In this document: in pieces, positions 8,413-15,229 of the stretch | Numbering within the stretch: the first letter of the stretch is position 1 | Layout: each line of letters opens with the position of its first letter | Virus record (IMG/VR): IMGVR_UViG_3300027805_000006 | Strand: one strand, 5' to 3' | Source of the DNA: a virus | Lineage: Duplodnaviria > Caudoviricetes | Length of the DNA stretch: 64,000 nucleotides | Notes under the pieces: generated by a model | Told to the model about the DNA's origin: nothing | What the model saw: only the letters and a program-made list of their open reading frames with translations | Database searches by the model: none | Program-made: the position numbers and the translations under genes

Positions 8413-9789
8413 TTATCTACCAGAGCGGTAAATTCCCGGCTTGAAGACTCCAGACTTAAAGACGCCTGTCTTTAAGCCTACTTCTTTTGTATCTTCTTTT
8501 GGTTCTACAATTTCTTGTTCGGGAATTCCAAGCGTTGACTTTGTAATCTGCTCACGTGCGGGTGCTTCTACAATTGTTTCAGGAATTGTTTCAGGAATTG
8601 TTTCAGGAATTGTTTCAGGCGGATTTTGATTATCAGTCACTGTTACTGCTAAAAGTTCCTCTATTTCAACTTTTGCTGCAACTTCTTCTTGAATTGTTTG
8701 AGATATCTCTTTTTGAATTGTTTCAGGAATTGTTTCAGGAATTGTTTCAGGAATTGTTTCAGGAATTGTTTCAGTTATAACTTCCTCAATTTCAACTTTT
8801 GCTGCAACTTCTTCTTGGATTGTTTTAGTTTGCTTTGCTAGAGTTATAACTTCCTCAGCAATTTGTGGTGCTGTATCTACATCTACCGGGGCAACTACAG
8901 TTTCTGTTAATATCGCAGGCACAACTGCTGGAACAATTTCGCCTTCAATCTTTGCCTCTTCAACTGCTACTGTGTTTGGAGCAATTACTGCTGATACAGT
9001 AGGTGCTACCATTTCGCGGCTCATAGTAGGAGCAGCAACTATTTTTTCTATCTCAGGCTCAGAAATTAGTGGAGATGGAGGACTTGGAGGAGGAGTCTCC
9101 AACATCTCCTTGCGTCTTTGGAAAAGCAGGAAGTTTCCAGCAATTATGAGAAAAACTGCAAGCGGGTCGAACACGAAGATAATCATCAAGATTACCCACT
9201 TCACGGCTTCTTCTATGCTAACATCAAATGCCTTTGAGATGTAGAGAATTGGACCGGCTTTTGCTTCAACAGAAATCTGAGAAATTTGAAGAGTAGGTAG
9301 TTGCTGTGAAATTTCATTCAGTCTTGCAGTGACCAGCCGCTGCTCTTCCTTGAACTGATTCATTAAACGAATCTTTTGGTTTGCGCTGTACCTATCGGGT
9401 ATGGCGGCAATACCATCATCAATCTGTTTCTTACGCGCTTCTAATTTACCTTGCTCATCTTTGATTACCTGTATCTTCAACTGGCCTTCTTGAGTTCCAA
9501 CTACTGCTTTTTGAAATTCGGCTGACAAATATCCCGCTGCGCCGGCAGAAGTAATTACCATCGTAATGACAGCAGCAATCAATCCATATGTTCGCATTAA
9601 CCTGTTGAGTTTCTGCCAATATCCATACAACAGCGTTATTACAACCAATTTACCAATGTCAAGTACAACGGCAAGTGCAATGATAATTGGGTTGGCACCA
9701 AAAAGAGTGCTCAGTCCAATTACTGAAACAACTGTCCCAATTGCCTCAATAGAAAAAGCAGCGAAGAAGGTCAGCAGAATAAACGGCAT
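8413..9789 (-). CDS. membrane protein with coiled coil and low-complexity acidic tail
   Basis: Three N-terminal hydrophobic helices, coiled coil, a further TM (WVILMIIFVFDPLAVFLII), then P/E/T-rich repeats. Confidence 0.8.
   Translation of the reverse strand: MPFILLTFFAAFSIEAIGTVVSVIGLSTLFGANPIIIALAVVLDIGKLVVITLLYGYWQKLNRLMRTYGLIAAVITMVITSAGAAGYLSAEFQKAVVGTQEGQLKIQVIKDEQGKLEARKKQIDDGIAAIPDRYSANQKIRLMNQFKEEQRLVTARLNEISQQLPTLQISQISVEAKAGPILYISKAFDVSIEEAVKWVILMIIFVFDPLAVFLIIAGNFLLFQRRKEMLETPPPSPPSPLISEPEIEKIVAAPTMSREMVAPTVSAVIAPNTVAVEEAKIEGEIVPAVVPAILTETVVAPVDVDTAPQIAEEVITLAKQTKTIQEEVAAKVEIEEVITETIPETIPETIPETIPETIQKEISQTIQEEVAAKVEIEELLAVTVTDNQNPPETIPETIPETIPETIVEAPAREQITKSTLGIPEQEIVEPKEDTKEVGLKTGVFKSGVFKPGIYRSGR
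8572..8619. repeat. 12-bp tandem repeat x4 (PETI)
   Basis: AATTGTTTCAGG four times. Confidence 0.95.
8716..8775. repeat. 12-bp tandem repeat x5 (last copy imperfect)
   Basis: AATTGTTTCAGG x4 plus AATTGTTTCAGT. Confidence 0.95.
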
Positions 9790-9793
9790 TTAA

Positions 9794-10123
9794 TTACAGC
9801 GCCTGTGGTTGACAAGCGTCGATATCATTGGTAGCACAGATTATTTTACTGTCGTCTGTCTTCCAAACTTTTTCTGACTCATTAAGTTTAACACCTTCCA
9901 TCCACATTAAGGCTTCAATAAGAATAAAATCACCAGGAACTACGCCATCCACTGTAGGGCCTACGGCCAGCACCTTACCCCACCGTGCAATCTTTTGGCG
10001 ATTTACAGACTGAGGGATGAAGATGCCGCTTGGCAATTTCCTATCGGTGAAAGAACCTTTCTCACCGCTAGTTTCATCAAGGAATTGGAAAATGATATTA
10101 TTTCTGAGTGGTTTAATAGACAT
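9794..10123 (-). CDS. groES: GroES-like co-chaperonin
   Basis: IKPLRNNI, SGIFIP mobile loop, GKVLAVGP, VVPGDFIL. Confidence 0.85.
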   Translation of the reverse strand: MSIKPLRNNIIFQFLDETSGEKGSFTDRKLPSGIFIPQSVNRQKIARWGKVLAVGPTVDGVVPGDFILIEALMWMEGVKLNESEKVWKTDDSKIICATNDIDACQPQAL

Positions 10124-10127
10124 ATGT

Positions 10128-10361
10128 TTATTTCTTCTTTAGTTGACGGGCTTGACCCGCGGATGCTGCTGCCGCCGCTTGTGCCACAGCAAGAATATCT
10201 ACGTCTGGCTGAACATTAGTTTTTACTCCATCGCGCTCATCAATTGCTTGCTTTCGCTGTTCTACGGGCTTTGGAACTGGTTTTGCAGATAATTGTGCCT
10301 TGATAGCGAGTAGTTCAAAGTCGACCATCTCACCTCTGGCGCTGCGAACAAGTTTTGACAT
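10128..10361 (-). CDS. hypothetical protein (77 aa)
   Basis: GGAG RBS; under a TATAAATA late promoter. Confidence 0.75.
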   Translation of the reverse strand: MSKLVRSARGEMVDFELLAIKAQLSAKPVPKPVEQRKQAIDERDGVKTNVQPDVDILAVAQAAAAASAGQARQLKKK

Positions 10362-10383
10362 CGTATATTTCTCCAGTTATATG

Positions 10384-10408
10384 AAAGTGCACTTGTCTAG
10401 TGCACTTT
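10384..10408. terminator. hairpin, possible intrinsic terminator
   Basis: AAAGTGCACT-TGTCT-AGTGCACTTT. Confidence 0.55.
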
Positions 10409-10409
10409 T

Positions 10410-10417
10410 TATTTATA
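10410..10417 (-). promoter_or_regulatory. T4-type late promoter
   Basis: TATAAATA on the minus strand upstream of 10361 and groES. Confidence 0.65.
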
Positions 10418-10432
10418 TTTCCCCGCACCAGT

Positions 10433-10990
10433 TTAATCGTGGAAAAACTCATCTAAAGGTATATCATAAATGATGGGGTCAACAGAATGCAGGTTGAGTA
10501 GAAAAAGAACATAGGAAGCACAGGAAGAACCTCTTCCAACACCCCAAACTACTCCGCGCTCCTTGAAAACATCTAGAATGTAGATAACTGTCCTAAAGAA
10601 ATCAGTCATTCCGCGAGTTTCAATCTCGTGCAGTTCATCTATAACCCGGGTAAATGCTGAGTCCCACTGCTGTTGGGTGTACCGTTGATATAGTTCTTCT
10701 GAGCGTTCATCAAGAACTTTTCCAACAACTTCTGACAGATTGAGGGTCTTATACTTCTCTGGTAAGTTCCAAGAAAAGTTTAGTTTGACAGGCTCTTCTT
10801 CAAAAATACGAATAGTATCTTCTTCTACAACGTTTGAATTAAAAGCCTGGATATCCTCATTGAGGTGGGTGACCCGCATCTGCGTAGGAGAAACTCCATG
10901 AAGCAACGCATCTGCTACATCCTCAGGACAGATGATGCTTGTGCCGTCATATCTCAGCACCCGACCTTCTAGTTCTACAGAAAGTTGCAT
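10433..10990 (-). CDS. dnaE: DNA polymerase III alpha (DnaE)-like N-fragment
   Basis: VWGVGRGSSCASYVLFLLNLHSVDPIIYDIPLDEFF corresponds to DnaE GxGRGSxxGSLVAYxLxITxxDPxxxDLLFERF; preceded by ELHEIETRGMTDFF. Confidence 0.85.
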   Translation of the reverse strand: MQLSVELEGRVLRYDGTSIICPEDVADALLHGVSPTQMRVTHLNEDIQAFNSNVVEEDTIRIFEEEPVKLNFSWNLPEKYKTLNLSEVVGKVLDERSEELYQRYTQQQWDSAFTRVIDELHEIETRGMTDFFRTVIYILDVFKERGVVWGVGRGSSCASYVLFLLNLHSVDPIIYDIPLDEFFHD

Positions 10991-11275
10991 TTATGCTGCG
11001 GCTTTTTCATTCATCCGTACAAGCCGTTGCGCATGAGTTTCCCTCGAAGCCTTTAGGTGGTGACCCGCAAACTTTATAAGAACAGTCATAGGCACATCAG
11101 TAAATGGAAACTCACACAGGAACTGAGCCTTTCCCCAGTTTCCAGTTTGAATGAAGGAACGCAGCGATTCAAGATGTTCTTTGTTGGTTGGGTCAAACAG
11201 GGAGCGGGCCGTAGTGCACACCCGCAGCGAGTTAGAACGACTAAGGTAATCAGGGCTATCTGCAAAATCAGGCAT
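10991..11275 (-). CDS. hypothetical protein (94 aa)
   Basis: Packed co-oriented ORF. Confidence 0.65.
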   Translation of the reverse strand: MPDFADSPDYLSRSNSLRVCTTARSLFDPTNKEHLESLRSFIQTGNWGKAQFLCEFPFTDVPMTVLIKFAGHHLKASRETHAQRLVRMNEKAAA

Positions 11276-11714
11276 TATGCGCTCCTTTGTTGACTTGAAC
11301 TACATCTACACCACGCTCTTTCAGAAAATTTATTCCTGTATCATCACGATACTTTTCCCGAAAGAATACGTTCTTTATCTTTGCCTGCTTGATAAGTTTA
11401 GCACATTCACCGCAGGGAGAAAGAGTAACATAGAGAGATGAGCCGGCACAGCCGACACCACCATTCGCTGACAACTTCATCAGCGCGTTCAATTCTGCGT
11501 GTAGCACCGTGCTTTTGGTAACGAGCGTACCATCTGGCATAACATCTTCACATTCGTTGCTGTCGCCGGCGGCAGTACCATTCCACCCAAATGAAATGAT
11601 GTTGTCGTCCTTGACAACTACTGCACCCACCTTTTTTCGGACGGCATGAGACATCTCGCTGATGCGGTCAGCAACATCCATGTAGAGTAAATTCAATGCT
11701 TCTTGTTTCGGCAT
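11268..11714 (-). CDS. dCMP deaminase
   Basis: KVGAVVV, GWNG, HAELNAL, TLSPCGECAK zinc motifs. Confidence 0.93.
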   Translation of the reverse strand: MPKQEALNLLYMDVADRISEMSHAVRKKVGAVVVKDDNIISFGWNGTAAGDSNECEDVMPDGTLVTKSTVLHAELNALMKLSANGGVGCAGSSLYVTLSPCGECAKLIKQAKIKNVFFREKYRDDTGINFLKERGVDVVQVNKGAHNA

Positions 11715-11718
11715 TTGC

Positions 11719-12384
11719 CTATTTTACCAAACGGCCGAACTTCATTCCACGAGATGTGAGGACGACGACACCACCTGCGTGAGGTGCTATCCACTTTACT
11801 TTGCCAACAACAGAAACCCACTTGTCTGTAGCCTTGGCATTTGCTGCTTCATTTGCCCAGTCTTCCTTTCCAGTCTTGAAACTGAAGGCCCGGCCATAAC
11901 TAGAAGTAATTTTGATTTTGAAACTGGTACCAAAGGCATCTCTAACCTGTTCAACAGATTGGACCTTGCCCATTATCTTAACTTCATCATCAACCTTAAT
12001 GTCCTTCCAACCTTCTGCCTTCTTGGCAAGGTCACGTTTTTGACGGAAAGACCTAAGTAGCACTTCTACCTGCTTTGGAGATAGAAATCCACGAGAAGCA
12101 TACTGCGACTTGAGAGAGTGAATAAACTCGTTGGTTACTTCTTCTCGACTGGTTACAGGATTGACGGTAGAAGAAGTCTGCTGGATTGCTTCTTCAAAGT
12201 CCTTCCTGTCTTCTTCAGACATAGAGGTCAGGAAGTTTTCCTTGTCAGCATTACGCTTCTCTTCCCATGCCTTCTTTTTTGCCTCAAGTTCGGCTGCACG
12301 AGCCGCAACTTTTGCCATAATCCGCTCTTGCTTCTTGACAGCAGCCCGAGCGGTCTTTTCTTCAGGAGTAAGTTTGGTAGGCAT
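11719..12384 (-). CDS. hypothetical early protein (charged coil plus possible C-terminal OB fold)
   Basis: Start reassigned to MPTKL (12384); FIHSLKSQYASRGFLSPKQ motif; beta-rich C-terminus. Confidence 0.7.
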   Translation of the reverse strand: MPTKLTPEEKTARAAVKKQERIMAKVAARAAELEAKKKAWEEKRNADKENFLTSMSEEDRKDFEEAIQQTSSTVNPVTSREEVTNEFIHSLKSQYASRGFLSPKQVEVLLRSFRQKRDLAKKAEGWKDIKVDDEVKIMGKVQSVEQVRDAFGTSFKIKITSSYGRAFSFKTGKEDWANEAANAKATDKWVSVVGKVKWIAPHAGGVVVLTSRGMKFGRLVK

Positions 12385-12390
12385 AGATGA

Positions 12391-12419
12391 ATTATACACC
12401 ATATTTTGGGGTTGTACAC
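12391..12419 (-). promoter_or_regulatory. T4-type early promoter (predicted leaderless transcript)
   Basis: Minus strand GTGTAC-N17-TATAAT; -10 ends 7 nt before the ATG. Confidence 0.75.
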
Positions 12420-12420
12420 T

Positions 12421-12448
12421 AAAATGTGTTACTTTTTTAACACATTTT
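12421..12448. terminator. AT-rich inverted repeat (terminator or operator)
   Basis: AAAATGTGTTA-CTTTTT-TAACACATTTT, closely similar to 4184-4208. Confidence 0.55.
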
Positions 12449-12849
12449 TAAGATCTTGCTAGATTTACAGGAAATAAAGTAATAGAGCCTTCTGTGGCTA
12501 CTCCAAACATTCCTGCTCCACTAGAATTTGTATTTACAGGAAACATACTTATAGTGCCTGGAGAAAACGCAGTAGTACTACTTCCAGAATTAATATTCAC
12601 TGGGAAGGTTGAAGTAACTTCTTCCTCAGCAGTATTGAAACCAACAGAAATGTTTACTGGGAACTGCGCAATAAGTGCAGTAGATGTTTCGTTAAAAACT
12701 GCTGAAAGATCAACTGGAAAACCATTAATGCCGTTTGCTTTTGCTGTTGTTGGTGTTGCTGAAAGATTTACTGGAAAGAGTGTTTGTTGACCAATTAGAT
12801 CACCGTCTTCATTTCGTGAAGCAATAATTCCAGCAATGGCGCCAAGCAT
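12448..12849 (-). CDS. module gene C' (FPVN repeat protein)
   Basis: Start reassigned to MLGAIAGIIASRN; six FPV[ND] repeats; paralog of 13854..14180. Confidence 0.7.
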   Translation of the reverse strand: MLGAIAGIIASRNEDGDLIGQQTLFPVNLSATPTTAKANGINGFPVDLSAVFNETSTALIAQFPVNISVGFNTAEEEVTSTFPVNINSGSSTTAFSPGTISMFPVNTNSSGAGMFGVATEGSITLFPVNLARS

Positions 12850-12850
12850 T

Positions 12851-13381
12851 TTATGTGTAGTTCCAAGTAGATGGGAACTCAATTCTCAAGTTAAGAACGC
12901 GGTATGGTTCCCCAAGCACGATACTTGTTGACCCCATTTCAAGATCTGAACCTGAACCAATTATCCCAACAGTGCCTATGATTTGATGAATTATAAAATT
13001 TGGATTATCAAGATAATAAGTTGGTCTAACTGTTAACCAAAACCAAGTTGCCATTCCTGTGGCGGCGGCAGAAACATAGATTGTAGAAATAACTGCAGGA
13101 TTTATTGTTGGCTGTGTTGGTGCAAAGTGGGCGCTACGAACTGAAAACTCTACAAGTGTATCAGCGGAACGTGAAGTATAACTTGTAAGAGTTGAAAGAT
13201 CGACTGGGACAGTTCCTTTCATCAAAGTTAGACGTGTTCCTGGTAATCCATAACTGTCGTTGCCTGCCATTAATAGACCACTTGTGGCAGCAACATTTGA
13301 TGTTGAAGCAGTCTCGCTAAATCTGAGAATTCTATTTGGCAGCCCTGCCATAAACCCTGAACTTAAATCAATTGTTGCCAT
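12851..13381 (-). CDS. module gene B', putative virion structural protein
   Basis: Paralog of 14181..14744 (ATWFW.TVRP, HQIIGT.G..G.G.DLE, Y...N.R..FP..W). Confidence 0.75.
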   Translation of the reverse strand: MATIDLSSGFMAGLPNRILRFSETASTSNVAATSGLLMAGNDSYGLPGTRLTLMKGTVPVDLSTLTSYTSRSADTLVEFSVRSAHFAPTQPTINPAVISTIYVSAAATGMATWFWLTVRPTYYLDNPNFIIHQIIGTVGIIGSGSDLEMGSTSIVLGEPYRVLNLRIEFPSTWNYT

Positions 13382-13390
13382 AATAACACC

Positions 13391-13852
13391 TTAGAATGTT
13401 GCGCCAATGGAGCCATCAAGAATTACTGCTGATGACGCAGTGGAAAGATTAGCATTTGAGAAGCGAATTATTCCAAGTCCAACGCTGTCTGAACAAGGTC
13501 CTACCAAAAAATTATTCGATGGCAAAGTTGTTGCTGCTACATTAGCAGCACTTACTGCAGTTGCCCAGAGAATACACCAGGTAGCAGTTCCAGTATTAAC
13601 TGGAAAACCCGCTGGAGGAAAAGTAGAAAGTTGCATCAAGATGCCGCTAGAGGGTTGTGACCAGGCGGCGCCAGCATAGTGAATTAAAAATCCACTTGTT
13701 CCAGAGTTGTATGAAACCCAATTTGAAATAATATCATTTGTTGTGGGTTGAATTCCGGTGTAGATAGAAATTGAACAAGGGTTTGTAAAGTTTGCCAGCA
13801 GCCCACGCCCTATCATCAAATTTCTTACTGACTGTGAAAAAATTAGTGCCAT
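13391..13852 (-). CDS. module gene A', putative virion structural protein
   Basis: Paralog of 14754..15227 (RNLM..RGLLA, YxG.QP, W.SYNS, WCI.W, GI.RF). Confidence 0.75.
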   Translation of the reverse strand: MALIFSQSVRNLMIGRGLLANFTNPCSISIYTGIQPTTNDIISNWVSYNSGTSGFLIHYAGAAWSQPSSGILMQLSTFPPAGFPVNTGTATWCILWATAVSAANVAATTLPSNNFLVGPCSDSVGLGIIRFSNANLSTASSAVILDGSIGATF

Positions 13853-13853
13853 T

Positions 13854-14180
13854 TTATGCTCCTGTTACCGTCAGCGGAACGGTATTGATGTTCTCTGTGC
13901 GTAGTGAGTAACTTGAGGTATTAAGTTGAATTCCAACGCTTGTTATTGCTTCTGTAAAAAATGAAATACTATTGCTTGAAAGTTGAATAGTTACTGGTGT
14001 AATACTCTCTTCATAGAATGAAAGGCTGTTACTGGAAAGTGTTAAAGGAACTGCAGTGATACTATCTTCTCTAAAAGAATTTCCATCACCATAGAGAAAA
14101 AGAGGAACATTAACAGCTATTCCAGAAAATTCAGCTGCAGCATTTCGTGAGGCAATAATTCCGGCTAAAGCACCAATCAT
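13854..14180 (-). CDS. module gene C (repeat protein)
   Basis: MIGALAGIIASRN N-terminus; internal SIT.V...LSSNS.SF repeats. Confidence 0.7.
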   Translation of the reverse strand: MIGALAGIIASRNAAAEFSGIAVNVPLFLYGDGNSFREDSITAVPLTLSSNSLSFYEESITPVTIQLSSNSISFFTEAITSVGIQLNTSSYSLRTENINTVPLTVTGA

Positions 14181-14744
14181 TTAGAACGTCCAAGAAGTAG
14201 GAAATTGTAGACGAATATTAGTAATTCTATACGCTGCACCAGATACAATGTTGGTATCTGGAATTTCAAGATCTGCACCTGTTCCTGTCATACCAATTGT
14301 GCCAATAATTTGGTGCATCAGCGCATCAGTTCCACTTACACTTCCACCCGTTGTTGGTCTAACTGTCCACCAAAACCATGTTGCAGTACCAGAGGCAGAT
14401 GCAGTTAGATAGTTGGATGTAATTACCACGGGGTTTGTGTTTGTCACTGATGGAGAAAAATTACCTGTAGCGTTAGAAACTCCAGTATATGTAATCAAAA
14501 CATCACTTGCGCGAGCATTAAAATTCGCGAGCGTAGCAAAATCTGTTGGCACAGTACCTTTCATAATATAGAAATTCAAATTTCCTGTATTTGGATAATT
14601 AGCTGTACCAGGGCTAGCCATCAACCCATTTGTGCTTGCTCTACTTAGAACTGATGATGCAGGTGAATTTAACCAAGTTCCAAGTTGCATCATTCTACTT
14701 ACATAACCACTTACAAATGCTGGTGAAATTTCTATAGTAGCCAT
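14181..14744 (-). CDS. module gene B, putative virion structural protein
   Basis: Paralog of 12851..13381. Confidence 0.75.
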   Translation of the reverse strand: MATIEISPAFVSGYVSRMMQLGTWLNSPASSVLSRASTNGLMASPGTANYPNTGNLNFYIMKGTVPTDFATLANFNARASDVLITYTGVSNATGNFSPSVTNTNPVVITSNYLTASASGTATWFWWTVRPTTGGSVSGTDALMHQIIGTIGMTGTGADLEIPDTNIVSGAAYRITNIRLQFPTSWTF

Positions 14745-14753
14745 ATTATCCTC

Positions 14754-15227
14754 TTAGTTAGAAGACACTGAAATTGTGCCATCAGCAATTGTGAATGGTG
14801 TTAATGCCACAAACGTAACTGTTGGATTAAACCTCACTATGCCATTACCCGCAAGCGTAGATACTGGACCAATAATAAATGATGTGGAAGGTATTGTTGC
14901 ACCAGCAAGAGCAGTTGGTGTAACTGCGGTTGACCATATAATACACCACTCACCAATTCCTGAATTTATTGCGGCTGTTGAAGCAGGGAAGGTTGTGATA
15001 CTACCAAAAGTAGTAGTTCCATCAATTGGGTGCGTCCAGCCAACACCCTGAAAGTGAATTAAACAGGAAGCATTTGAGGAGTTATAACTGGTCCAGTTTG
15101 ATGCAATTGTAGCAGCAGATGGTTGTGTTCCGGAATAAACAGTTACTCCTACTGTTGTTGTTAATCCAGCAAGCAAACCACGGTTTACCATCAAGTTTCT
15201 AATATTTGGGTGAAATAGTATAGCCAT
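14754..15227 (-). CDS. module gene A, putative virion structural protein
   Basis: Start reassigned to MAILFHPN (15227); paralog of 13391..13852. Confidence 0.75.
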   Translation of the reverse strand: MAILFHPNIRNLMVNRGLLAGLTTTVGVTVYSGTQPSAATIASNWTSYNSSNASCLIHFQGVGWTHPIDGTTTFGSITTFPASTAAINSGIGEWCIIWSTAVTPTALAGATIPSTSFIIGPVSTLAGNGIVRFNPTVTFVALTPFTIADGTISVSSN

Positions 15228-15229
15228 TA

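Noticed and set aside
8572-8775. Tandem 12-bp repeats as a CRISPR array
   Set aside because: No unique spacers, units too short, in frame within a CDS, no cas genes; the same applies to 52389-52508.
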